Shown here: piece by piece, positions 19,504 through 29,547 of the stretch | Layout: each line of letters begins with the position of its first letter | How positions within the stretch are numbered: the stretch's first letter is position 1 | NCBI GenBank assembly: GCA_016193585.1 | Contig: JACPRW010000006.1 | Coordinates: forward strand, 293-64,292 | Reading direction: 5' to 3' | Source of the DNA: Candidatus Aenigmatarchaeota archaeon | Lineage (GTDB): Archaea > Aenigmatarchaeota > Aenigmatarchaeia > GW2011-AR5 | Length of the DNA: 64,000 nt | The notes under the pieces: generated by a model | Database searches by the model: none | What the model saw: the letters and a program-made list of their open reading frames with translations, nothing else | What the model was told of the DNA's origin: nothing | Position numbers and translations under genes: made by a program

Positions 19504-19987
19504 CTATTCGTCAGTTTGCAACGCCATACAGGTTGCCATTTCCGCAAACAATGGAAAAGCAGGAAGTTCAGCCTACTGGCAGATATGCCATGCCAATTTC
19601 CCTGAATCGAAGTATGCAGTCGACTTTCTCCTGCCCTTAGGAACTCCTGTCCTTGCTGCGCGGAGAGGAAGTGTAGTTCTTGCAAAACATGAGTCCGATC
19701 TATACATCGGCTTGGCAGACATGGAACGCATGACCGACGAGGAGCTGCAGGCATTTGTAGCAGCACATACGAACGTCGTCTGCATTGCCCACGGCGACGG
19801 CACGTACGCCGAATACGCGCATCTGGACAGGGAGGCGGTTGTGCACAAAGGCCAGTCAGTAGAACAAGGCGACATCACCGGGTATTGCGGGATGTCCGGA
19901 GCAACAACGACGCCGCACCTGCACTTCAATGTTTTTAGAATGAAAGGCAAACAGGCGAGAAGTATACCGGTCGTATTCGAAGCGTAG
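19496..19987 (+). CDS. Peptidase M23 (LytM-like) domain protein
   Basis: AHGDGTYAEYAHL and GMSGATTTPHLHFNV motifs (HxxxD ... HxH). Confidence 0.7.
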   Translation: MINYSSVCNAIQVAISANNGKAGSSAYWQICHANFPESKYAVDFLLPLGTPVLAARRGSVVLAKHESDLYIGLADMERMTDEELQAFVAAHTNVVCIAHGDGTYAEYAHLDREAVVHKGQSVEQGDITGYCGMSGATTTPHLHFNVFRMKGKQARSIPVVFEA

Positions 19988-19995
19988 CGAGGTAT

Positions 19996-20195
19996 GGAGA
20001 AATGCACAGCATATGTCCTCAGAGGCTGCGCATTTCTCATCTAGCGAATTGCGTTTTCACAGGTCATAAGCAACGCAATTCTCTATACTATAGCAAGTGA
20101 CAGAACTATTTATACAAAATTCTGTCCTTGCTATAAGGAGATGACATCAGTAATATGTCTGAAAACGTATGTCAGCGACTATGTAACCCTTTCAC
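19996..20195. repeat. Two adjacent MITEs: family R5 (TGGAGAAATGC..GCAATTCTCTA) followed by family R3
   Basis: R5 copy also nested at 53186-53286; both flanked by TA. Confidence 0.75.
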
Positions 20196-20357
20196 TTTCT
20201 TGTAGAGTTCGACGTCCTGATTCGCCGTTCGCATGACCGAATTGATAAAGGCAGCTTGCTGTCGTGACCACTCCTCGTTCGGGTGGCTTTTGACGTACGC
20301 TGCCCAGAAACGTACGAATTCCAGCCTGCTCCTGAAATTTTTTTCCCTATCGAACAT
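20172..20357 (-). CDS. Hypothetical small protein (possible partner of upstream NTase-like ORF)
   Basis: 61 aa, overlaps 20347-20979 ORF by 11 nt. Confidence 0.3.
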   Translation of the reverse strand: MFDREKNFRSRLEFVRFWAAYVKSHPNEEWSRQQAAFINSVMRTANQDVELYKKVKGLHSR

Positions 20358-20979
20358 ACGTATTCATTGCCTCGAGGACATTTAACGCTTTGCATCTTTC
20401 CGCCAAAGTTTTCATGTCGAGCTTGTCCTTGAATAACTCATACAGATACACCGCATCCTCTATATCCTTTTCAGAGCCGAGGTATAGTTTGAATGCTATC
20501 TGGCTTTCGATGCGCGACGTGATAATGCTGGACTTGTTCACAACAACTTCGATGGTGTCTTTCCAGACACGTTCATCCCTGTTAATTTTCATTTCAATGT
20601 TTGGTATAGCTTGCTTTTCCTTGGCTATCCTTATAGCTTCGTCTTCCTTGAGCATTTGAAATGCCATCGCTCTATCAGAGGTGTTGAGTATCCATAACCC
20701 AGCCTTTTCCTCCTTTTCCGACAATTCATCAAATTTATTTTTGCCTATATCCTCGATAAACATATCAATATCCTCCGTGGACCGCGACCTGCCAAATAAA
20801 ATGGGCACATAGCCGCTGACAATGATGTACTTGATATGCAGTGAGTTCAAGATTTCGACAAATCGTAGAACAAACCTATCAATGTCCGAAAGCTCCTTCG
20901 AGAATGAAATTTTTCCTTCGGAAAATTCAAATTCCATGCTACAACTAAGGAGGCAAACTTTTAATGAACCATCAAACAA
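20347..20979 (-). CDS. Putative nucleotidyltransferase-fold protein
   Basis: SGYVPILFGRSRSTEDIDMFI resembles the G[SG]-x(9-13)-D-x-D nucleotidyltransferase motif; weak. Confidence 0.35.
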   Translation of the reverse strand: MFDGSLKVCLLSCSMEFEFSEGKISFSKELSDIDRFVLRFVEILNSLHIKYIIVSGYVPILFGRSRSTEDIDMFIEDIGKNKFDELSEKEEKAGLWILNTSDRAMAFQMLKEDEAIRIAKEKQAIPNIEMKINRDERVWKDTIEVVVNKSSIITSRIESQIAFKLYLGSEKDIEDAVYLYELFKDKLDMKTLAERCKALNVLEAMNTYVR

Positions 20980-21991
20980 GGCACACCTTCGGCGGGCTCT
21001 TGAGAAGCTGGTATAAAAGTTCGACCGTGTTTTCGATGTCCTTCATGCGTGCGACGCCGACCGTGGTGTGGATGTTCTTCACGGCGACGCCGACCGACGT
21101 TGTCGGGATGCCGCCGCGGGAAATGGAGATGTTGAGCGCATCGGTCATCCCAACGTCGCTCACGGCGAGCTGCACCGGGATCTTGTTTTTCTTTGCCAGG
21201 TCAAGCAGCCACTCATTGATGCATTTGTTCGACACCGTGCCTGCATCCTTGACGGTTATGCATGGTCCCTTACCGATGAGGCGAGCGTCGTCGGCTTCGT
21301 ATGTATTGATAACGTCAACCGCAATAGCCCAGTCAGGCTCGAGCGTATACGCCGATGTCTTGGCGCCGTACAGGCCTATCTCTTCCTGCACCGTGAACAC
21401 ATAGTACAATTCGTTCGAGCCTTTTGCAAGCCGCTTGGCAAGCTCGATAAGAATATAGCAGCCTATCCTGTCGTCAAGCGCTTTCCCGTAGATGACGTCC
21501 TCGTTGCCGAGGTAGTGGAGTTCCTGGTCGAGCGACATGACCGTCCCTATCGTTATGCCTGTCTTGGCAAGGTCTTCCCTGTCAAGGCCCGTATCGACGT
21601 ACATATCTTCGAGCCTCGGCATGTCAATGATGGGGTTGCCGTCATTCATGAGCGATGTCGTGACGATGCCGTGGACCGTTTTTTTCTGGGCGTGTATGTG
21701 CACGCGCTGGCCTAAGAGCGTTATGGGCTCGATGCCGCCGACGAGCGAGAAATAAATCCTTCCCGAACCAGAGATGCGCTTTGCCATGAGCCCGACCTCG
21801 TCCATGTGGGCAGCGATCATGACCTTCGGCTCCCCCCTGCCCTTCTCGCGCGCGATGAGGTTCCCGGAGCTGTCAACCTGCACGTCGTCGACATACGGCT
21901 TTATCTCATTGCGGATGATTGAGCGCACCTCCTCCTCGCTGCCGCTGATGCCGTGCGCGTGGACGAGCCGCTTGAGCAATTCGAGCGTCAT
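20972..21991 (-). CDS. M42 family (TET/FrvX-like) aminopeptidase
   Basis: MIAAHMDEVGLMAKRI, LVGGIEP motifs; start trimmed to MTLELLKRL (upstream in-frame extension contains a 24-bp tandem duplication). Confidence 0.8.
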   Translation of the reverse strand: MTLELLKRLVHAHGISGSEEEVRSIIRNEIKPYVDDVQVDSSGNLIAREKGRGEPKVMIAAHMDEVGLMAKRISGSGRIYFSLVGGIEPITLLGQRVHIHAQKKTVHGIVTTSLMNDGNPIIDMPRLEDMYVDTGLDREDLAKTGITIGTVMSLDQELHYLGNEDVIYGKALDDRIGCYILIELAKRLAKGSNELYYVFTVQEEIGLYGAKTSAYTLEPDWAIAVDVINTYEADDARLIGKGPCITVKDAGTVSNKCINEWLLDLAKKNKIPVQLAVSDVGMTDALNISISRGGIPTTSVGVAVKNIHTTVGVARMKDIENTVELLYQLLKSPPKVCLV

Positions 21992-21997
21992 ACTAAT

Positions 21998-22049
21998 ACC
22001 CCGCACTTCGTGCGTCGTAATACCCCGCACTTCGTGCGTCGTATCCCAT
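21998..22049. repeat. 24-bp perfect tandem duplication (ataccccgcacttcgtgcgtcgta x2) in 5' leader of M42 peptidase gene
   Basis: Direct reading of sequence. Confidence 0.8.
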
Positions 22050-22219
22050 TCTATAGAATAGTTTCTCGGCAGCGCCATATAAAGATTTTGTCCTTTTTCA
22101 GGTTCGGGAAGCGCTCGTGTAACCTTTATATACTACTAAATAGTAATAACTTATAGTCCCACTTTTGTGGGAATCGGCATATTAGAAAATTGTAGGTTAA
22201 ATGATACTGGTGTGATGGC

Positions 22220-22852
22220 ATGCAGATAAAGAAATTGTTATTGCCGGGAATTGCAGCAGGTTTGGTAGCGCTTATGCCATCAACCGCAGCAATGCAGAGA
22301 GTCGATGAGGTGGGGCATGAATACCGTCATGTTTCAGCTCAACAAAGACCGGTCACGCCGTATCGTACAGCTCATGCAAGCGATACCCAGCATGCCTGCA
22401 GACCTCTAACTGAGGAGGAAACGGTTGCCGTTGTGAATTATCTTAATGGTAGTGACCGGGCATATGAGCTTTACTGGGATACGCAGAGAGAAGCGCTTCA
22501 GCAACAGGGAGTAAGACCCCAGATTTATCCCTCCAATATCATTGGAGGTTTTGTAAAAGGGGATAAACTCATTTTTGCAGTCATAACCCCTCAGGATAAA
22601 AGCTACAGGGCTGAACTGTCTGTGCTGGATGGCGACGAAGTGACGTACCGGAGCGATGGCATATACACTCAGGGAGCATACGGAATTACGCAGCGTGATG
22701 ATTGCCAGACAATAAACATGATTCATAACGCAGCAGGTCCTGTAACCGAGACCTTTGAACAGCAAGGGGATACGTATCGGCATACAGGTTCCTATAGACG
22801 CTGTTCTCCTTCTGAACTGCAGGCCGCCAAGAGCATAGAAGACTGTTTCTAA
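22220..22852 (+). CDS. Secreted hypothetical protein
   Basis: N-terminal signal-like segment MQIKKLLLPGIAAGLVALMPSTAA. Confidence 0.5.
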   Translation: MQIKKLLLPGIAAGLVALMPSTAAMQRVDEVGHEYRHVSAQQRPVTPYRTAHASDTQHACRPLTEEETVAVVNYLNGSDRAYELYWDTQREALQQQGVRPQIYPSNIIGGFVKGDKLIFAVITPQDKSYRAELSVLDGDEVTYRSDGIYTQGAYGITQRDDCQTINMIHNAAGPVTETFEQQGDTYRHTGSYRRCSPSELQAAKSIEDCF

Positions 22853-22871
22853 AGTCAGTAGTGACGCTATC

Positions 22872-22886
22872 GAGCGGTGACACGCT
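22872..22886 (+). promoter_or_regulatory. Putative archaeal TATA box (TTATAAA) about 25 nt upstream of the giant ORF start (leaderless-type spacing)
   Basis: gacacgcTTATAAAccg preceded by purine-rich BRE-like bases. Confidence 0.3.
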
Positions 22887-22904
22887 TATAAACCGCATAA
22901 CCCA

Positions 22905-25900
22905 ATGTATTCTCAGATGCGCATGAGCAAAAGCCTGTTTGAAGTAGTTGTCATACTTGTATTCGTATTCTTCGTTCTTTTCCATTATCAGCTTTCTCCG
23001 ACGGCAAACGTTACTGCAGCAGCTTCTGCACGGAGCAAGCTCGGCCTCCACACCAGTTTCCAGAACGGTGATGCGTGGAGAACCATACAGGAAGCAAAGC
23101 CGGCTGTTGTCAAGCTTTTTGGCGAATACAGGCAAGCAGCTGAAATCAAACAGGTCTCGCCATGCACGTTTATTGTGGCAAGAACAACACAACCTCAGAA
23201 TAGCCAGCGCTATGATGGAGCCCCCGAAGACAGGGCCCAGGATTGGTTCAATACCTATAAGGATACCATACAAGCTTATCCACGTATTGATTGCTGGGAA
23301 GGGTACAACGAGCCGCCTGCCCAGAATGCCGACCAGATGCGGTGGATAGGGCTTTTTGAAAAGAAGCGCGTCGAGTTGCTTGCAACGATCAACGCCAAGG
23401 CGTGCATAGGTTCATTTCCTGTCGGCAATCCGTCGATACCTGACACATGGCGCGAATTCTATCCGGCGTTTCAGGCAGCGAAGGAGAAGGGCGGTTTCCT
23501 CGCCCTCCACGAATACGGTCCGCCGAGCAACATGCAATGCTATTTCAGCGGCGACGGGCCATGGCTCAATGGTAGATACCGGAAGGTATACAATCAGTAC
23601 CTCATCCCCGATGGCCTCGTCATACCGCTCGTCATGACTGAAGCAGGGATAGACGGCGGCTTATGCGACCAGCGTGGCTGCGAATGTAACCTATGTCGTG
23701 GTGATGCAGAGAATAAATGCGGCTGGAGAGCGTACGGAATAAGCACTGAGCGGTATATGAACGACCTCAGATGGTACGATTCTGTCATCAAGGAGGACAG
23801 CTACGTCATCGGCGCCACCATATATCAAACCGGCATTCCGGGGTGGAGGAGCTTTGAAACATCTCCTGAACTGACGCAGCCGCTCATCACCTACATCAAC
23901 CAGGTCCCTGCGCCGACGCCGCCGAATTGTCCTGTTACTAGTGCTCCGCCTCCCCCACCGCCTGTACAGAAAGGCACAGTCGCAGGCACGGTCACCGACG
24001 AGAACACGGGCTTTGGCATAGGGGAAGCAACGATACGCATCGTTAGTACTGGCATAACAGGTCGACCTATGTCCCCTGACGGCGAGTACACCATTCCCGA
24101 TGTCCCTGCCGGCACCTATACGGTCACTGCGTCTGCTTCAGGGTATCTGTCGCAGTCAAAGGACCTCCAGGAAGTGAGAAACGGGGAAACGACAACGGTT
24201 AACTTCGAGCTGATCCCCGTCCCTCCGCTTGAGGCGTGCTCGCCGAACTGTTACATTGGCGATGAAGCAGGTTATGATAAACTCTGTGCTGGCGGCACGC
24301 AGAATATCTGCGGCGGCACCAAGAACTACGGCGACGTCGTGAGCTGCAGCGAAGGCGCTGCTGAATTCGATGCTCTCTGCAGGCTCAACAGGGACGACCC
24401 GTTCATCACGTATCACACATGGTCTGAGTGCAACACTGATGCTCCGGAGAAAGGCGGGCCGAACGGCGACATTGCTGACGCAGGAACGGTGTGCGAGGCC
24501 AACGGTCGCTGCGGCGCTGGCGTGCAGGGTTCATACCTCTGCGCCCAGTTCAACGGAGCAGAGGATACGTGGGTTGCCTGCGGCACTGATGTCGCAAGCG
24601 GCGGCGATATTGTTGTTGGTTCAACAACATATAATTGCTGCAGCGGTGTCTGGCAGACAACGACATGCGGCGTAACGCCTCCTCCACCGCCTCCGCCGCC
24701 GACGCCGGTAAACAAATGCACCGCCTGCGGGAGGCCGTGCCTGCGGCTCGACAGGACTATCGGCCAGTGCACGGCTGCGCTCCAGTGCATCGGCGTGCAG
24801 TCATACGTTGACGGCAAGCGGTGCTGCGCTGACGAGGACTGTTCTCTGGGGCAACAATGCACCAACGGCGCGTGCGGCGCTGCGGTGAGTCCGGGATGCG
24901 CCAATCTCGCGGCGCGCTTCCAGCGCGACCTCAACGGCAACGGCCAGCCCGACGGCAGCGACGGGCCATGGGAGCAGAGCCTGCAGGCATCGTCCGGCGA
25001 TTCCATCAACGTCGGCCTCATCGACACGAACACCATGGGCTACCCGTCGGCAACGCTCCGCGCCAGCGGCCCTAGCTTCAGCCAAACATTCAGCAGCAAT
25101 CCTGCCAATTTCAGGCCACAGACAACAGGCACCTACACGCTCTCTGCGCAGTCAGGGTCGTGCACTGCGCAGGCGACGCTGACGGTGACAGGAACGAGCA
25201 CTGCGTGCGCTGACAGCACATCGCTCAGTGCGTGTTCGGCGACCAAGCCGAAGTACTGTGATGCTTCTGGAACACTCCAAGAAAACTACTGCTTCGGCCC
25301 TGACCGGGTCGCGGGCAACGCTGATGACTGCGGGTGCTCATCAGGGGCGTGTCAGGCAGACGGCAGGTGTGGCACAGCGCTCCCTCCGCCACCTGTTGCC
25401 GATGGCGGTCTCATCCGCGCCATACAGGACGAGTTCGGCGTCACCATGCAGGGCACCTGGAGTCCTTACCCGCAGCACCTGCGCTGGATCTATGAAAAGT
25501 TCTGGGAACTGAAGCAGACCAACCCAACGTTCATGCAGATGCTGCGCGGCAGGCCGATCTGGTGGGCAACCTGCTGCCCGAACCAACTGAGCGGCTACGT
25601 GCAGATGCCGACAACCGGCAGCTATGCGTACCGCGATGCCTTCATCACGACGCTGCTCCATGAACTGGGCCATGATATTTACTTCAATCGCCGCGATGCA
25701 GGGGCACTGACAGCGCGGTACGACGCGCACTTCGACGCGAACGGCAGGCAGGTCTTCACGAGCTACGCGAATTATTATGCAGCCGATTTCAACCGCCGGA
25801 CAGAGAATTACGCCGAGGTGATTGCGTACTGCCTCACCGGCGATGCAGTGGCATACCATTCCCGTGTGCAGCCGCAGTGGATCGACACAACAAAATGGCA

Positions 25901-28829
25901 GACCTATGAAGATCTCGCCAAGGAAATAACAGGCGGCTTGTGCAAGACGAGCGTGCCGCCGGATCCTGTATGCTCTGACGGCACGGCACTCGGCGCCTGC
26001 TCCTCGCAGAAGCCCCTCCACTGCATGTACCGGGGCGACCTCGTCGAGGACTGCGAACCATGCGGCTGCGCGGCAGGAAGGTGCGATACAACGAGTGGCA
26101 GGTGCATATCGTCATTCACCATTTCAGGCACGGTGAGCGACGTAAGCGGCAACCCGCTGCCGGATGCAGTACTTACGCTTACAGAAAATAGATTCTACGT
26201 CATTGCCAGATCTCGAACAGACGGTTCTGGCAGGTTTTCTATTCCTGATGTACCGCAAAGCACTTATGAATTGTTCTCTCGAAAAGAATGCTTTGAAAGC
26301 GCTTCTGAAACGATCGATCTGGCAGCCGACTACACCAAAAATTTCAGGCTGAACGATGCAGTGCTCGGCAGGGTTGAAATCAACCCTGCTTCTTCACAGA
26401 TCGAGGCTAATCAAAAAATGCAGTTTTCTGGCGCTGCATTTGATGCGAATAACAGGGGCATGCCTGCCCGCTTCAGCTGGAGCTCGGACAATACGAACAT
26501 CGGGACCGTGACCAGCACGGGCGAATTCGAAGGCAGAAACGAAGGCAGCACTACTGTCCGCGTCAGCGCCACGTGCGGCGCGACAACGCGGAGCGCTTCT
26601 GCGACGGTGACCGTACTGCCATCAGGGAGCATCGTGCTCAAACGATGCAGCGAAGCTGATGCGAGCACACCGACGAAAGTAGACTACGTGCTCATTCCGG
26701 AGCAGTCATACACCAGCATCGACGAATTCAAGCGGGATGTAGAAACAAACTATGTGCCAAAGCTCTTTTCGATATCCCCAATTGACGCGAACAAGCAGAA
26801 GTTCAACATATATTATTACGAAGAGAAGGCAGTATGCGACCGCGACGGCCCGAAGGGCACAAAACTCTGCACGCTGCCTTCAAATCTCGGCCATGACTGC
26901 CCGTTCGCAGACATAAAAGCTGTCATCCATAAAGGCACCTGGAGAGACTACGCGATGAGAGACCGTACCTTCACCGCCAACAGCCCCATAACGCAGGTGC
27001 ACGAGATCGGCCATGCGCTCTTTGATTTAGCCGATGAATACTGCTGCGATGGCGGCTACGAAATGCGCGAGCCATACCCGAACATATTCGTCGAGCAGAA
27101 CAGCTGCCAGCAGCAGCTCGACGACAACGGGATAGCGAAACGGTGCAAGCGGCTATGCAAGGACGAGGACCAGGGAGCGTCATGCATCCTCGGCTGCGAC
27201 TGCATTAACTGGTACCGCCAGGAAGGGAAAAGCATCATGAACAACCAGTTCATCTACGAACAGTTCAGCGAAAACAACCTGCTCAGGGTAAACGACGTGT
27301 TTGGGGTATATAGCTCTGGTTCTCAGACAACTCCACAACAAACTTCGCTCGCGAGCTGTATGGCAATTACCAGTCCGGGAACCTATGTGATCGGAGCAGA
27401 CCTGCGCTCAGGCGATACGTGCATGACAATCCAATCATCCGATGTTACGCTTGATTGCGCAGGCAAAAAACTCGAGGGCACGGGCTATAGAGGAAGCGGT
27501 ATCCGCATAGAGGGAAGCGGAACTATACGGAACGTAGAAGTAAAGAATTGCATCGTGAAAGGATATGAAACAGGCATTATCGCACTCAATGGAGAGACTA
27601 TACGGATAAAAGACAATGATGTATCTGATAATTACGATGATACGAAAGGCTGGACAATGAGCAAGTGCACTGAAGACTTAGCACGGATCGGTATCGCAGG
27701 CGAAACGGAACGGAATAGGAAATGTGACATCTGCTTCAAGGCAGGGCGGTGTGGTGTGTTTCTCGGCGACCCCGAAGGCACTGGCATCCACCTCAAGAAT
27801 ACGAAATCGAGTGTTATAGAAAACACTATAGCCCATAATACAGGAATTGGCATCTGGCTTGAAAGCAGCGACAGTAATCAGGTTAAAAATAACGACGTCT
27901 CGTACTCAACTGCATTCGGCATCTACCTACTGGGAGCCAGTAACAGCGTCGTCGAAAACAATATTGCAAATGACGTTACCCGTAACTGCGCGTACTGGTG
28001 CTCTGAAACCGGATGCATCAAAGGGTGCGATGCCACGGGCATCATACTCGAGTCGCGGTTTAGGGACAATGAAAATAACATTATCAGAAAGAATACAGTA
28101 CTGAGGGGAGGCGACGGCATTTTCCTGAAACCAGGCGGGACATTCTGCAGCAACAACAATGAGATCGCAGAAAATGATGTTTCAGGGGCGTTCACCAACT
28201 GCATCGAAGTGACCTTTTGCAACGGCAACAGAATCAAGAGCAACAAAGCCCACAACTGCCCTATCGGATTGTGGCTCGGGTACGCGACCAACACCCTGGT
28301 CGAGGGTAATGAATTCATAAGCAATGCAAATGATGCCATCAATGCTGAAAACAGCAAAGGCAATACCATAAAGCGTAACGTGATTAGGCGCGGCGGGAGG
28401 GGCATCTATCTCTGGAAAAATCCTGTCACTGACCCGATTATCGAAGGAAGGAAAGTAGCAAACCCGCAGCTCAGAGAGCCATTCCCATCTTCCAATCACA
28501 TCATAGAAAGGAATACAATAGAAAATGAGCGGGGGATAGAGTTCACCGATACCGACACAACAGAAATCAGGTACAATACCATTAAAACTAAGGAAAACAT
28601 CATGCTCACGAGGGGTTCAAGCGGGGTGAAGATTTTCAGCAACAACCTGCTCTGCGAAAACTGCCTGTTTTCAGTCAAAAATGACCAGGACATTACCGTG
28701 AATGCGCAATACGATTGGTGGGGCACCGCGGATACGGCCCAGATAGAGCGCATGGTGTACCACAAGACCGATAATACTGCCGTGGGAGAAGTATACTATA
28801 CGCCGACTTTGAGTGGCACCTATGTGTGA
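22905..28829 (+). CDS. Giant (1974 aa) secreted multidomain surface protein: GH-A-like TIM barrel, Pro-rich linkers, Cys-rich modules, CarboxypepD_reg-like domains, two HExxH zincin-like domains, Ig-like (Big_2) domain, C-terminal parallel beta-helix repeats
   Basis: N-terminal TM/signal; WEGYNEP + MTEAGID (GH-A acid/base and nucleophile-like); PPPPPP(V) and TPPPPPPPPTP linkers; LLHELGHD (25659-25673) and VHEIGHALFDLADEY (26999-27013); >15 PbH1-like repeats res about 1500-1960. Confidence 0.85.
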   Translation: MYSQMRMSKSLFEVVVILVFVFFVLFHYQLSPTANVTAAASARSKLGLHTSFQNGDAWRTIQEAKPAVVKLFGEYRQAAEIKQVSPCTFIVARTTQPQNSQRYDGAPEDRAQDWFNTYKDTIQAYPRIDCWEGYNEPPAQNADQMRWIGLFEKKRVELLATINAKACIGSFPVGNPSIPDTWREFYPAFQAAKEKGGFLALHEYGPPSNMQCYFSGDGPWLNGRYRKVYNQYLIPDGLVIPLVMTEAGIDGGLCDQRGCECNLCRGDAENKCGWRAYGISTERYMNDLRWYDSVIKEDSYVIGATIYQTGIPGWRSFETSPELTQPLITYINQVPAPTPPNCPVTSAPPPPPPVQKGTVAGTVTDENTGFGIGEATIRIVSTGITGRPMSPDGEYTIPDVPAGTYTVTASASGYLSQSKDLQEVRNGETTTVNFELIPVPPLEACSPNCYIGDEAGYDKLCAGGTQNICGGTKNYGDVVSCSEGAAEFDALCRLNRDDPFITYHTWSECNTDAPEKGGPNGDIADAGTVCEANGRCGAGVQGSYLCAQFNGAEDTWVACGTDVASGGDIVVGSTTYNCCSGVWQTTTCGVTPPPPPPPPTPVNKCTACGRPCLRLDRTIGQCTAALQCIGVQSYVDGKRCCADEDCSLGQQCTNGACGAAVSPGCANLAARFQRDLNGNGQPDGSDGPWEQSLQASSGDSINVGLIDTNTMGYPSATLRASGPSFSQTFSSNPANFRPQTTGTYTLSAQSGSCTAQATLTVTGTSTACADSTSLSACSATKPKYCDASGTLQENYCFGPDRVAGNADDCGCSSGACQADGRCGTALPPPPVADGGLIRAIQDEFGVTMQGTWSPYPQHLRWIYEKFWELKQTNPTFMQMLRGRPIWWATCCPNQLSGYVQMPTTGSYAYRDAFITTLLHELGHDIYFNRRDAGALTARYDAHFDANGRQVFTSYANYYAADFNRRTENYAEVIAYCLTGDAVAYHSRVQPQWIDTTKWQTYEDLAKEITGGLCKTSVPPDPVCSDGTALGACSSQKPLHCMYRGDLVEDCEPCGCAAGRCDTTSGRCISSFTISGTVSDVSGNPLPDAVLTLTENRFYVIARSRTDGSGRFSIPDVPQSTYELFSRKECFESASETIDLAADYTKNFRLNDAVLGRVEINPASSQIEANQKMQFSGAAFDANNRGMPARFSWSSDNTNIGTVTSTGEFEGRNEGSTTVRVSATCGATTRSASATVTVLPSGSIVLKRCSEADASTPTKVDYVLIPEQSYTSIDEFKRDVETNYVPKLFSISPIDANKQKFNIYYYEEKAVCDRDGPKGTKLCTLPSNLGHDCPFADIKAVIHKGTWRDYAMRDRTFTANSPITQVHEIGHALFDLADEYCCDGGYEMREPYPNIFVEQNSCQQQLDDNGIAKRCKRLCKDEDQGASCILGCDCINWYRQEGKSIMNNQFIYEQFSENNLLRVNDVFGVYSSGSQTTPQQTSLASCMAITSPGTYVIGADLRSGDTCMTIQSSDVTLDCAGKKLEGTGYRGSGIRIEGSGTIRNVEVKNCIVKGYETGIIALNGETIRIKDNDVSDNYDDTKGWTMSKCTEDLARIGIAGETERNRKCDICFKAGRCGVFLGDPEGTGIHLKNTKSSVIENTIAHNTGIGIWLESSDSNQVKNNDVSYSTAFGIYLLGASNSVVENNIANDVTRNCAYWCSETGCIKGCDATGIILESRFRDNENNIIRKNTVLRGGDGIFLKPGGTFCSNNNEIAENDVSGAFTNCIEVTFCNGNRIKSNKAHNCPIGLWLGYATNTLVEGNEFISNANDAINAENSKGNTIKRNVIRRGGRGIYLWKNPVTDPIIEGRKVANPQLREPFPSSNHIIERNTIENERGIEFTDTDTTEIRYNTIKTKENIMLTRGSSGVKIFSNNLLCENCLFSVKNDQDITVNAQYDWWGTADTAQIERMVYHKTDNTAVGEVYYTPTLSGTYV

Positions 28830-28833
28830 GCAT

Positions 28834-29439
28834 ATGAAAATTATATTCCTTATTGTCGGTCTTGCGCTGCTATGTTCTGTGTCACTTGCGCAGGCAGTGT
28901 TCTCTGAGCCCCAGAAAATTGTCATCCTGTCGCTCGCCTTCAAGGGCGGGACGCTTACTGCTGAGAAGGTGGACATAGCCTACGGCTCGCCGCCTGACCG
29001 GCTTTCGCCGGGCGAGCTCACCTTCACCATGCGCCCCAACAGCAACCGCGTGCTCGGTACCTACGGGATTCTCGACCCGCGCATGGTCTATGACGTCGGC
29101 TATATTGAAAACGTGAGCTTTATGGTTGTGCTGCCGTATCACCGCTCTACTGTATGGATCGATGTCGCTGAGCGTAACGCAACCATCGCGTCGTTCAGCA
29201 TCGCCGAAAGCTTTGCCGCTTTTTGCAGCACGCCCAACAATATCTGCGACCCGGACTGCGCGCAGGACGTGGACTGCCCGGCGAACGCAGAGCAGAAGCC
29301 AGAGAGCAAACAGCAGGATTATACGCTCCTTGCAGCAGCCCTTGTCCTCGTGCTGCTCGTCATTGCCGCATGGCTCGGCTACCGGAAGCTGAAGGAAGCG
29401 CGGATTCTGAAAGAAGTGCGCATGCGGCGGAGAGCCTGA
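28834..29439 (+). CDS. Secreted protein with C-terminal TM anchor and basic tail
   Basis: Signal peptide MKIIFLIVGLALLCSVSLAQA; C-terminal LLAAALVLVLLVIAAWLGY + RKLKEARILKEVRMRRRA; start overlaps giant ORF stop. Confidence 0.55.
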   Translation: MKIIFLIVGLALLCSVSLAQAVFSEPQKIVILSLAFKGGTLTAEKVDIAYGSPPDRLSPGELTFTMRPNSNRVLGTYGILDPRMVYDVGYIENVSFMVVLPYHRSTVWIDVAERNATIASFSIAESFAAFCSTPNNICDPDCAQDVDCPANAEQKPESKQQDYTLLAAALVLVLLVIAAWLGYRKLKEARILKEVRMRRRA

Positions 29440-29547
29440 AGGGTACTTTAAGGATCAATTAATTCCAGATATTCTTCCTATGAAAAGATAACAGAAAAGC
29501 AGTTGAGAGACGACTGAGAAAATCTATCAAAGAATGAACCTCTTGCA

